Source: Limisphaerales bacterium
GTDB taxonomy: Bacteria; Verrucomicrobiota; Verrucomicrobiia; Limisphaerales; JAJOIW01
Length of the DNA: 64,000 nucleotides
NCBI GenBank assembly: GCA_965657355.1
Contig: CBFHOE010000009.1
Location: 1-64,000 of the forward strand
Direction: 5' to 3'
Positions 9,759 through 19,393 of this stretch are shown here, in pieces; the first letter of the stretch is position 1; the number at the start of each line of letters is the position of its first letter. Below the pieces are notes generated by a model. The model saw only the letters and a list, made by a program, of their open reading frames with translations. It was not told the DNA's origin and ran no database searches. The position numbers and the translations under genes are program-made.

Positions 9759-10799
9759 ATGATGAATCCATTATCGAGCTCACCACAAACGGACCCAAGC
9801 CAAATACTTCGTTACCGAGATCGACAATACGCAGCAGAGCTTATCGCAGCATTGTTGTTGAAGTACGATTTTTTCAGTTGGCTTTCACACAAGAATGGGG
9901 CTACCACTGAAGAAATAAAAAAACAGTTTGGCTGGGCTGCACGACCATGCGATGTGGCCCTTACTCTTTGTCGGTGCAACAATTTTATCACCTCCACTGA
10001 AGAACATCATGAAATAACAATTTTGGGACGGGAGCATTTAGTCAAAGGGTCTCAGTGGTTTTTAGGTCCATATTACAAACCGATTGAAGACACCCCCATT
10101 GTGGATTCTTTCCTGGAGGTTATGAAATCTGGCAGACCAGCCCAATGGCAAGCTAATGAGGATGGCGATGATTGGCATGAATCAATGATGGATGAAGAAT
10201 TCGCCAAAAGCTTCACGGATTTAATGAACTGCAGAGGCACTGCCTTTGGTCAAGCTCTTGCCCATGGGCTGACTCCATGGATGGACGGAAAGAAAACGCT
10301 CCTCGATATTGGTGGTGGTTCGGGAATTTATTCATCAACATTGGTCTCTACATTTCCAAACTTAAACGCGACTGTATTTGAACAATCGCCAGTCGATGAT
10401 ATAGCTCGCAAGGAGATTAGGAATCATGGTCTTGATGGCAAAATAAAAGTCATTACTGGAAATATGTTTAAAGATAATTGGCCAAAGGAGGCGGATATTT
10501 TGCTGCTGTCCAATGTTCTTCACGACTGGGATTTTCCTGAAGTGGAGACTCTCATAGAGCTCTCCGCCTCCTGCCTCAAGCCTGGCGGACTTCTTGTTAT
10601 TCACGAGGCATTTTTAAACAACGACAAGTCCGGACCTCTTGCTGTAGCTGAATATTCCGCTCTTCTAATGAACATTACACAAGGGAAGTGTTATTCCCCT
10701 TTGGAATATGGAAAACTATTGGAACAAAATAGTTTTCGCGTCGGAAGCTATCACGACACTATATCAGACCGAGGATTCATGACGGCAGTCAAAACATAA
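9759..10799 (+). CDS. SAM-dependent O-methyltransferase (Methyltransf_2, with dimerisation domain)
   Basis: LLDIGGGSG, GNMF, NVLHDW and LKPGG motifs. Confidence 0.9.
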   Translation: MMNPLSSSPQTDPSQILRYRDRQYAAELIAALLLKYDFFSWLSHKNGATTEEIKKQFGWAARPCDVALTLCRCNNFITSTEEHHEITILGREHLVKGSQWFLGPYYKPIEDTPIVDSFLEVMKSGRPAQWQANEDGDDWHESMMDEEFAKSFTDLMNCRGTAFGQALAHGLTPWMDGKKTLLDIGGGSGIYSSTLVSTFPNLNATVFEQSPVDDIARKEIRNHGLDGKIKVITGNMFKDNWPKEADILLLSNVLHDWDFPEVETLIELSASCLKPGGLLVIHEAFLNNDKSGPLAVAEYSALLMNITQGKCYSPLEYGKLLEQNSFRVGSYHDTISDRGFMTAVKT

Positions 10800-10825
10800 A
10801 CTGGGAGTGGAACCTATACAAGGGT

Positions 10826-11554
10826 TTATGCTAATCCTGCATAGACACGGTGCGTGTCATCAAGATCATCCAATTTGCTCATAAACTCCTGAACCTCACC
10901 GAGAGCTGTTTCGTCCAAATCAACAGGATTCTTGACTTCATATGTGAGTTCAGATGTAGAGACGGTCCATCCACTTTCTTGCAAAGCTTGAGTCACAGTT
11001 TGTAGCTCAGGAACCTTGCATAGAAAGCTCCCGCCAATTTGATCGTCGGATAATTGATCATTATCGAGTGGTTTGACTTCATCTGCGCCGGACTCAATGG
11101 CAGCCTCCTCGATATCAAGGCCCTTGTCGGTATGGGTTGCTTCTACAAGTCCAAGGTGATCAAACATCCAAGCGACGCTCCCGGAAGTTCCAAATTGGCC
11201 GTTATTTTTACTAAATGTGGATTTAACCTCAGGAACAGTCCTGTTAGAATTATCTGTCAAGCATTCTACAATGACAGGTACTTGATGAGGAGCGAATCCT
11301 TCAAAAGTAATATTTTGGTAGGTTACCCCATCGGCTCCTGTGCCCGCGCCTTTTTTGATAGCCTTCTGAATTGTATCTTTAGTTACAGAATTTTTGCGAG
11401 CCGTTTCCAACGCAGCGGCTAGACGGGCATTAGTATCTGGATCCACGCCCCCGAGTTTGACAGCGACGTGAATCTCTTTGACGATTTTATTAACAATTTT
11501 CCCCTTTTTGTGGGCATTAATTTCGCGCCACTTCTGTTTCCATTGTGCACCCAT
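10826..11554 (-). CDS. yebC: YebC/PmpR family protein
   Basis: GGVDPDTNARL, ECLTDNSNRT, GSVAWMFD and LDDLDDTHRVY motifs; variant N-terminus MGAQWK. Confidence 0.93.
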   Translation of the reverse strand: MGAQWKQKWREINAHKKGKIVNKIVKEIHVAVKLGGVDPDTNARLAAALETARKNSVTKDTIQKAIKKGAGTGADGVTYQNITFEGFAPHQVPVIVECLTDNSNRTVPEVKSTFSKNNGQFGTSGSVAWMFDHLGLVEATHTDKGLDIEEAAIESGADEVKPLDNDQLSDDQIGGSFLCKVPELQTVTQALQESGWTVSTSELTYEVKNPVDLDETALGEVQEFMSKLDDLDDTHRVYAGLA

Positions 11555-11633
11555 TTCTTAAATTGATGAATTGTTACCCCATGATGTCGGGTTCTTTTGA
11601 TTGGGTCCAGAACAGAAATGAAAAAGTCATGAT

Positions 11634-14600
11634 CTATATGTTTAAATCAAGCCCAACGGTTCCAACAAGCGAATCGAGGTAATCTGGTGATTCTATAAAA
11701 TTAAGCCTCGATTTTGCGTCAGAGATTCGTCCTTCGATGTCGAGTTCGTTGGCTACAGAACTATGGGTTTCTCGACTAACAAATTTCTCCAGGTAGGAAA
11801 GATGGTTCTTCAAACTTGTGACATCTGATTTCTGTTTGGCTACCAATCTTTCCTTATACCACGGCTGCGCTAGGATGGTGTCAGGATTGAAAAGATCCCG
11901 AATTTCCGGATGATTACTATCCTTTCCTTCGTAATGACCGTGGGCCATAATGTGAAGGATGGCTTTTAGAGGCGGAATTGCCAAATCCACGCTTCCATCT
12001 TTGAAGTAATTTAGAGCGACTCTTTGTTGTGCTTCGACGATATTGTTAATCCCATCAACATAAGATTCCATGTCCTGAAGCTCAGGCTTTAGCATATCCT
12101 CAGGAAAGACTGATCCAGGGTTGCTAAAGACTCGACCTAAAAAGTCTCTGACAAACCGGTGTGTGATTCTATAACCAAGTCTGCCAGCTAAAACATCCTT
12201 GCCCTGGTATGAGAAATCTTCGAGTTTCTCAAGGTATCCGCCATCTATCAAAAACTTTGCCTTCCTTTCTTCAGGTGTCATTCTTGCCCAAATCTCAGGG
12301 ATGAGCAGGCTGACGTCATGATCAACTTGATATTTTGGCCCGACAAATCCGGCAGCTGAGCTGAAACAGTCCAATCTCGTTATCAAGTAACTGACGCAAG
12401 CATAATTTAAGTCAATGATTGGCAGGAGAGCATTGAAAGGCCCTTTTGTTAAAGCACCTTCAGAACCGGCACCTGTTGTACTCGGAGACTTACCTGTTAA
12501 GCTACAAACAAACTCCATGAAAAGCTCGGGCAATTCTTGGTAATGGATCGGGGAGTAGACAGCCAGAGGACGAATACCAGCAACCTTATCCGGTGGATTG
12601 TTTCTGCGACCAGCTAACACAGCTGTGACCGGAACAGGTGCGCCCGGGTCAATTGGAAGACGTCTGTAAAGGGAGGTTCCAACATTGGCTAAATATGTCT
12701 CCACCTCGTTCTCAACGTCTGGCCTGACCTGTAAATAACGAGGGTTTTTTGTTGGCTTTCCATCAACTATCCTGGGATAAGCGGTGGAACACATGTAGTC
12801 AGTCTTCGACTTGCCATCTAAAAAGTTGTTGTATACACCTTTGATTGGTTTTGTGTATTTCTCAAAAAGCAGAATGTTCTGAGATTCCCTGTCAGCATCC
12901 TCGAGTGTTTGAGGTTCATAGTTGCTGGCAAAAAGCCCAGGCTGACTGAAGTCGTGCTCTGTTTTTTTATCATAACCGCGATGTATAGCATCGTCTGGCC
13001 GCTGGAAGAATCTAAACTCGCAGTTTTGGGAGAACTTGATTGACGGTTCTGTTGTTGAGGAGCTCAGCCCCTTTACTTGCGAGCGAGGAAGCACCGTCGA
13101 GGCAGTGATGTCATCTTCCATTTGTAATTTTGCAGAAGGAGAAAAATCACTTCTCAATGTGAAGATTCTCCAGGCGTTTTTCTCAGTAAAACCAACTCTC
13201 AGATACTTGACGCTAACCATTTGGTCCTTGAACTTGAGCTCATTGCCTGGCTTGCCATTAATGACATCAACACTAAAGAATTTTCTCCAATCATTTCCCC
13301 ATTCTGGATCGTAAAGTCTCTTTAAAAGAAAGACTAGGTCCTTAGCCTGTTTTGGGAGAGAGTTGAGCCAATCATTGTATTTTTCTGTATATTCCTTACT
13401 TGGCGTTAGAAGCTTTATGACTGACCCCAATGATCTGTCTGTATCCAGAATGCCCCGGCCTCGAACTTTCTCAGAATCAGGCTCTAGGAAGCGATCAGAG
13501 TAATCGTGATTGACGATCTTTTCCACTGCGTCCAAATCTTCTGATAGATCAGCCACGAATATCGGACCGGAGATAATCGCATCGGTGATAGGTTTGGAAA
13601 TTTCCGATTTTCCACCTCCTGAAACGGTGCATGGTTTGTGACAAAAGACGCCTTCTGCAGTGGTTCCAATAAGCTCCCATCCGCGCTCTCCATCAGATTT
13701 CATCATGGAAACTTTATAGCCAGAGGGTAATACATAGTGACTATTTGGCTTCAAATGAAGTGACTGTGGTTTTCCGTTTTTGTTCCAGCGAATCATCTGA
13801 TCGGAAAGGGTAATAACCACATCTTCGGGCAAGTAAAGAATGTTCTCATATTTCCTATCGATTCCATACCCCTCGTCTCTGACGTCTATATGGGAACCAT
13901 ATCTTTCAACAACCTCGCTGAATGTATGATCCACCATTTTATAGTAACTACTAAGTGAGAAATCCTCACCCAAGTTATAAGATGGGTAAGCTATAGCTCC
14001 ACCGGCGTGTTCCTCTTCACACCCACCGAATAAATTGGCTGACCAGGATATTTGGGTTTTAACCTCTTTCTTACAGTACCCGAAATAATTGTCGGCTATA
14101 AGCGTGACCATCACACCAGAACCATCTCTGGCTGTAAGTTTGAAGCCGCCGCCATCATTGTAGATTTCATTTTCATCTTCCCAGCACATTCCATCGCGAA
14201 TTTGCCTTTCGCTGGCTTCACTGGCATGAGGGAGACCGGCATCTTTTTTCTTCAAATGAATGAGGTGGGGAGCAAGAATGACGCAACCTGTGTGACCGGT
14301 CCAGTGAGTGGGATCTAGCGCTGAATCGTTTTCTGTAAGATAAGGATCACCTGCATTACCGAATATGCTCTCGACGAAGTCCAAGTTGCTGACCAAGCTT
14401 CCGGGAACAAAAAATCTCGTTTCCATGCTGATTACATCATTTACGCCAGGAACCGCAGGCACGACAGTGGGTCTGAGAAAAAGGGAAACGAATGTATGAA
14501 GTGAGCCCTCTTGACCTGCCATAAATGGAAGTTCCAACGTATCTTTCGGAGCATCTTCAAAAGCCTTAGCCAAAAGAAAGGCAAATACTTTTTTGGGGAC

Positions 14601-15119
14601 AGCTTTCTTATCCTCCGGAATTGGAAGCCCATCCTCGGCGACATGAAAACTCCCTTTTGTCGTCCTGCGATCACTTTTTGGATTGTGAATAACGCCTTGA
14701 GCCGTCCTGAAAGAAGAGAGAATGTCTGTTGTATGCTTGCTCTTGTTTAGAGGGAGTGACAAGGATCGAGCAATTCCATGGTGCTCCAATTGCAATACAT
14801 CTGTTGGCAATCGCGGTGTCGAAACATTTAAATCGGCCAAATAATTATCAAGAAAATCTTGTATTCTTTGGTCTGCTGGACATAGGTAGTCCGAAAGCAG
14901 TCTGTTTTTTTCCTGGAGGTTTGCTAAAAGTGGCTGTGCCACCGAATTAATTGACTCACTGAATTCCTGGACTTGCTTATCATTCTGACCCCTGGCACCA
15001 CTTCTGAACCAGAGTTTGAGTCTTGCCAAAGCAGCTAGTCTCTCGTTGTTATTTTCGAAATCTTCAATCGATCTGAAGAAACCGAATCGGTTTCCCAGGT
15101 TTTTATTTTTCAATTCCAT
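11634..15119 (-). CDS. Pyrophosphate-dependent phosphoenolpyruvate carboxykinase (PPi-PEPCK)
   Basis: 1161 aa; HNPKSDRRTTKGSFH, ADNYFGYCKKEVK, EEEHAGGA, HKPCTVSGGGKSEISK, FQRPDDAIHRGYD and GKSPSTTGAGSEGALTK motifs typical of the Entamoeba/Propionibacterium PPi-type enzyme. Confidence 0.9.
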   Translation of the reverse strand: MELKNKNLGNRFGFFRSIEDFENNNERLAALARLKLWFRSGARGQNDKQVQEFSESINSVAQPLLANLQEKNRLLSDYLCPADQRIQDFLDNYLADLNVSTPRLPTDVLQLEHHGIARSLSLPLNKSKHTTDILSSFRTAQGVIHNPKSDRRTTKGSFHVAEDGLPIPEDKKAVPKKVFAFLLAKAFEDAPKDTLELPFMAGQEGSLHTFVSLFLRPTVVPAVPGVNDVISMETRFFVPGSLVSNLDFVESIFGNAGDPYLTENDSALDPTHWTGHTGCVILAPHLIHLKKKDAGLPHASEASERQIRDGMCWEDENEIYNDGGGFKLTARDGSGVMVTLIADNYFGYCKKEVKTQISWSANLFGGCEEEHAGGAIAYPSYNLGEDFSLSSYYKMVDHTFSEVVERYGSHIDVRDEGYGIDRKYENILYLPEDVVITLSDQMIRWNKNGKPQSLHLKPNSHYVLPSGYKVSMMKSDGERGWELIGTTAEGVFCHKPCTVSGGGKSEISKPITDAIISGPIFVADLSEDLDAVEKIVNHDYSDRFLEPDSEKVRGRGILDTDRSLGSVIKLLTPSKEYTEKYNDWLNSLPKQAKDLVFLLKRLYDPEWGNDWRKFFSVDVINGKPGNELKFKDQMVSVKYLRVGFTEKNAWRIFTLRSDFSPSAKLQMEDDITASTVLPRSQVKGLSSSTTEPSIKFSQNCEFRFFQRPDDAIHRGYDKKTEHDFSQPGLFASNYEPQTLEDADRESQNILLFEKYTKPIKGVYNNFLDGKSKTDYMCSTAYPRIVDGKPTKNPRYLQVRPDVENEVETYLANVGTSLYRRLPIDPGAPVPVTAVLAGRRNNPPDKVAGIRPLAVYSPIHYQELPELFMEFVCSLTGKSPSTTGAGSEGALTKGPFNALLPIIDLNYACVSYLITRLDCFSSAAGFVGPKYQVDHDVSLLIPEIWARMTPEERKAKFLIDGGYLEKLEDFSYQGKDVLAGRLGYRITHRFVRDFLGRVFSNPGSVFPEDMLKPELQDMESYVDGINNIVEAQQRVALNYFKDGSVDLAIPPLKAILHIMAHGHYEGKDSNHPEIRDLFNPDTILAQPWYKERLVAKQKSDVTSLKNHLSYLEKFVSRETHSSVANELDIEGRISDAKSRLNFIESPDYLDSLVGTVGLDLNI

Positions 15120-15547
15120 GATGATGTTTTGCCGTTTTTATTGGAAATTTTTCCGAATGGTATTGGAAACCCAAAACTATTTGAAAATAGTCTAATCAGA
15201 AGATTCCTTCAAACTCAAAGCAAAGAAAACATCACATAGATAGCGTTTGCATCAGAAACAAGTGATTAAGCATTTGAAATGAATATAATTTGTCATAAAT
15301 ATTTACACATTTTGTAACACCTTTGCTCAAAATAAGTGTGGAATAATAGTTCAATTCCATCGATACCAGTCATAGGGCGTGGCCATACTTATGAAATGTA
15401 TGGGAAATCTCAGGTAAACATCAAAGTATCACCGGGTAAGGCCTGCGAATAATCAAAAATTTATACTAGTGAAGTGGCAAGAGACCTCCGAAAAGTGCTT
15501 GAAAACTCCAATTTTATCGTGGCTCATTGAGCGCGTTGAAAATCGAC

Positions 15548-16417
15548 TTATTCAGCACCAGCGAATAGAAATCCGATCCATTTTTCCTCATCAATAAATG
15601 CCTTACCCCAATTTTCATATTTTTTAGGCAACCCAATTCTTTTTATTTCGGCTAAGGATTTTCCATTCTTCTTTGCTTTAGAGACAATCCCAAAACATTC
15701 CTCGAACATCTTGATATACGACAGCAAGTCGGTTTGGGTGGCCAATTCGCCATGTCCTGGAATAATTTTAGTTTTTGCATTCGTCATGCCAGCAACGATT
15801 TTAATATTCGATAAATAGCCTCGAACAGACCCACCGCTTCTAAAATCAATAAAAGGATAACGTTTATTAAAAAATAAATCCCCCATGTGAATGACATTGG
15901 ACGATTTAAAATAAACAACTGAATCAGAATCAGTATGCCCTGGACCTAGATGGAGCAACTGAATCTCCTCATCACCAAAATGCATGGAGAGACGCTTTGA
16001 ATACGTTACTTTGGGCAGAAAGGCTCCACTTTTTCCGCCGGCGTTCAATCTTTTTCTGACATTGTCATGAGCCACGATTATCGAATCTATACCCAAAACT
16101 GAATTTCCTCCGGTATGATCGCCATGATGATGGGTATTCAAAACGTATTGGATCTTTCCCTGACTCAACTCGCCAACAGCTTTAATTATTTTTGGAGCTA
16201 ATCTTTGGAATTGAGTATCTACTAACAAAACACCATTATCATTGGATAGAAACCCAATGTTACCCCCCTGGCCTACAAGCATATATATTTTCTCATTAAT
16301 TTCTTTAGGTTGGATGGCAACATCGCCACCTCTTTGCCCAAAGACAGGAGCGTGCGTGTGGGCGAAAACATTTAGGACAAGTAAACCAGTTACGCAAAAT
16401 TTCATACACACAGACAT
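15548..16417 (-). CDS. Exported MBL-fold metallo-hydrolase (cyclase-like)
   Basis: NTHHHGDHTGGN, GHTDSD, MGDLFF and IPGHG motifs; signal peptide. Confidence 0.9.
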   Translation of the reverse strand: MSVCMKFCVTGLLVLNVFAHTHAPVFGQRGGDVAIQPKEINEKIYMLVGQGGNIGFLSNDNGVLLVDTQFQRLAPKIIKAVGELSQGKIQYVLNTHHHGDHTGGNSVLGIDSIIVAHDNVRKRLNAGGKSGAFLPKVTYSKRLSMHFGDEEIQLLHLGPGHTDSDSVVYFKSSNVIHMGDLFFNKRYPFIDFRSGGSVRGYLSNIKIVAGMTNAKTKIIPGHGELATQTDLLSYIKMFEECFGIVSKAKKNGKSLAEIKRIGLPKKYENWGKAFIDEEKWIGFLFAGAE

Positions 16418-16496
16418 ATCAATGAATCGTCGTCAATCAAGCATGAACATAGTATGAAGAACGACCAAACTTTTCAACTCAAGTTAAATCGACCCC

Positions 16497-17921
16497 ATGT
16501 TATCCTATTTTAAAAATTCGTTTTTTGTTGCTGCTATACATCTGATTTTTTGTTTCACAAGCGCTTGGGCGGAGAAAGAACCGTCTCCTGATGTGGTGAT
16601 GATCGTGGTGGACGATATGAATGACAGCATATCTTTACTGTCGCCTGAACACGGCATAAAAACACCAAATATTGAAAAACTAGCAAAGAGAGGCACTTCA
16701 TTTACCAAGGCATATTGTCAATCTCCTGCATGTAATCCTTCGAGAGCCGCAGTTATGACAGGCCTTAATCCAAGTTCTACTGGGGTTTATGGGAATAAAA
16801 GTGACTGGAAGAAAGCGATAAAAAACCATCCAACATTTTTTGAATTATTTAGATCCTCGGGTTATCAAGTTGAAGGCGCAGGCAAAATATACCACCACCA
16901 CCTCAATGGAGCATTCCACCACGACGAGTCATTCGACGCATTCCAACATATGGATAAGCAAAATATGCCCAAGGTGAAATTAAATAAGGCGCCTGAATAT
17001 GGATCAAGAAATACAGACTGGGGGGCGTGGCCTCTGGATGAAAGAGATACCATAGATTTTAAATCCGTCGATTTTTGCATTCAAAGATTGAAATCAAGAA
17101 ACCCGGCTAAACCGATTTTCCTGACATGCGGTATTTTTAAACCACATTCTCCATTTTTCGCTCCGCCTCAATACCAAGCAACTCATGGAGAGAATTTCAA
17201 AATCACTGAATATGCGCATGACCTTGAGGATCTGCCAAGTGGTGCCAACCGGATTTTAAATTTAAAAAAATGGTTCTACCAGGGGATGATGAAACTTGAT
17301 CGAAAACGACCAGGTTCTTTTCAAAATTTTATTAATTCATACGCTGCATGCTGTCGATTCGCAGACGCTCAGATCGGCAGATTGATGGCCGCTGTGGACG
17401 AACATACGAAAAAAGAGAATACAATTATTATTCTCTGGTCCGACCATGGTTTTCACCTAGGAGAAAAGCAACATATAGAAAAATTTGCTCTGTGGGAAAG
17501 AACAACTCGAGTGCCATTTATTATAGTGGCACCGGACATAGCCAACCCTGGATCTGAATGTGAAACCCCTGTTGACCTGAGCTCGATTTACCCAACCTTG
17601 TGTGATCTGGCAAAAATAAAAAATGCACCACGCAACCTGGATGGGCATAGTCTTGTTCCTCTTTTAAACAATGATTTTGAAGATTGGCCCTACCCTGCTC
17701 TTTCAACTTATGGGGTGGGAAACCACGCAGTAAGAAAAGATAATTGGAGATTCATTCATTACAGCGATGGCTCCAAAGAGCTGTACAATTTGAAATCAGA
17801 CCCCAATGAATGGCACAATCTGGCTGATAAACCTCAATACAAAAAAATCATCTCAAGGCTAACCTCTTACTTACCCAAAAAAGAAAAGGAACAAGTAAAG
17901 GATCTTAAGCTAAAAAAATAA
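16497..17921 (+). CDS. Sulfatase (S1, iduronate/choline sulfatase-like)
   Basis: VDDMND, CNPSR formylglycine motif, GKIYH, KPHSP and SDHGFHLGEK. Confidence 0.95.
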   Translation: MLSYFKNSFFVAAIHLIFCFTSAWAEKEPSPDVVMIVVDDMNDSISLLSPEHGIKTPNIEKLAKRGTSFTKAYCQSPACNPSRAAVMTGLNPSSTGVYGNKSDWKKAIKNHPTFFELFRSSGYQVEGAGKIYHHHLNGAFHHDESFDAFQHMDKQNMPKVKLNKAPEYGSRNTDWGAWPLDERDTIDFKSVDFCIQRLKSRNPAKPIFLTCGIFKPHSPFFAPPQYQATHGENFKITEYAHDLEDLPSGANRILNLKKWFYQGMMKLDRKRPGSFQNFINSYAACCRFADAQIGRLMAAVDEHTKKENTIIILWSDHGFHLGEKQHIEKFALWERTTRVPFIIVAPDIANPGSECETPVDLSSIYPTLCDLAKIKNAPRNLDGHSLVPLLNNDFEDWPYPALSTYGVGNHAVRKDNWRFIHYSDGSKELYNLKSDPNEWHNLADKPQYKKIISRLTSYLPKKEKEQVKDLKLKK

Positions 17922-17970
17922 TTCCCGCTGGGATGTGTGCTGGCTTTTCTGTCAAAAAGCACCAAAAAAT

Positions 17971-19392
17971 TTAGGCAAGAATGTTGTCTATATTTCTATG
18001 CTCCCTGTTTTTGGGGCCCATTTTGTATTTTACCCCCATGGAACTAAGTATCGTATTATAGACATCCAGACCTTCTACCCCCAGATCAACAATACCACCT
18101 GTTTTGATTCGACCGCCAGCACCTGAAACCGCATGAAAAACACCACTCAATTCTCGCTTTACATTAGAATGACGCCCATCTCCTGACTCAGTAGATATAG
18201 TCAAAAGGGAATTTTCAAGGATAGTCTTGCCGTTCGGTTCCAGTGCATCTTCACCTGAAAGCTTATGAAGCAAATAAGCCACTTCGCGCATTTTCATATG
18301 AGCATGCGCTCGCAATTGATCATTTCCTTTTTTCTCATTAAATTGGTGCCACCATTCGTGGCTACACCCAGCTGAACCTCCTCGATTTAATCTTTTGGAG
18401 TCATTGAACTCAAAGCGTTTTTCCCCATTGTAGTAATAATCCCCAGTCAGACGTATTCTTTCTCCTGCTGCCAGGAATGTGATAGCACCAAAGCGAACCT
18501 TATCCATAAGGATAGCCGAGGCATAAAGATCAGCCATTAAGTGCCATTCCGTTGTTAATTCTTCTAAAGTGATATCGATACCTTCACCACCCGGATCAGC
18601 CTTTCCGCCATGTAAGACCTGCGAAGACGGAGGCAGTTTGGGCCCTTCGGTATTTTCAGATCTATCCATTGAGAAAGCTCTTTGTTCAAATTCCCGAATC
18701 CTGTCTAGGTGGTCAGCAACCCTTGCTTTGCTCTCTTTTCCAAGAGGGGATCTTTTTCCAGTGTAAAATTTGTATTGCTCGACTACAGAATCAAGAACGC
18801 TTTTTTTAATGTGAATTTCTCTCGCATCGGCATCGGCAAAAGTCACTTTACCAAACATTCTATCAAAAAGGTCCCTAGGTCTTTCTTGCATTGTCGCAGC
18901 TACTGTTCCGTCCATATTATAGCTATGGACGTATCTTCCTACTCTACTGCGTCTAAAGAAAGTTCCGGCATTAACAGTTGGGGCGACACCTCTTGGCTGG
19001 CCATTGGGATAAAAATGTTTTCGGATAACTTGATCTATGGAGGGGCCTCCAGATTTAGCTTCGCCTTGTGGGGGTTCTGCAGTGAATGCACCTGTAGCAC
19101 CATCAAAATGAGCATTTATGCCAGACTCATCACAGCGCACCTGATCTACATCCCTCATGATGAGTAGTTTATCGCTCAGTGGCTTTAAAGGTTCTAGGAC
19201 GCCATCAAACCCTTCTGTCTGGAGAGGCGCCGGAATTCCAAGTCCAAAAAAGACGTTAAAGGCTCTGGCGGGAGGGACGTAAGGCGTGGTTGCTGACGAA
19301 GCGAGCGTCATCTCCTCAAGGAAAGGTAAACCTATTCCGACTGTGCCGAGTCCCTTTAGAAGTGTCCGACGACTTATATTTGAATTCTTCAT
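17971..19392 (-). CDS. DUF1552 domain protein, Tat-exported
   Basis: ISRRTLLKG Tat motif followed by GLPFLEEM; SIDQVI, SVLD...DHLDRIREFE, His cluster HEWWH, GKTILENS. Confidence 0.85.
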   Translation of the reverse strand: MKNSNISRRTLLKGLGTVGIGLPFLEEMTLASSATTPYVPPARAFNVFFGLGIPAPLQTEGFDGVLEPLKPLSDKLLIMRDVDQVRCDESGINAHFDGATGAFTAEPPQGEAKSGGPSIDQVIRKHFYPNGQPRGVAPTVNAGTFFRRSRVGRYVHSYNMDGTVAATMQERPRDLFDRMFGKVTFADADAREIHIKKSVLDSVVEQYKFYTGKRSPLGKESKARVADHLDRIREFEQRAFSMDRSENTEGPKLPPSSQVLHGGKADPGGEGIDITLEELTTEWHLMADLYASAILMDKVRFGAITFLAAGERIRLTGDYYYNGEKRFEFNDSKRLNRGGSAGCSHEWWHQFNEKKGNDQLRAHAHMKMREVAYLLHKLSGEDALEPNGKTILENSLLTISTESGDGRHSNVKRELSGVFHAVSGAGGRIKTGGIVDLGVEGLDVYNTILSSMGVKYKMGPKNREHRNIDNILA

Positions 19393-19393
19393 T

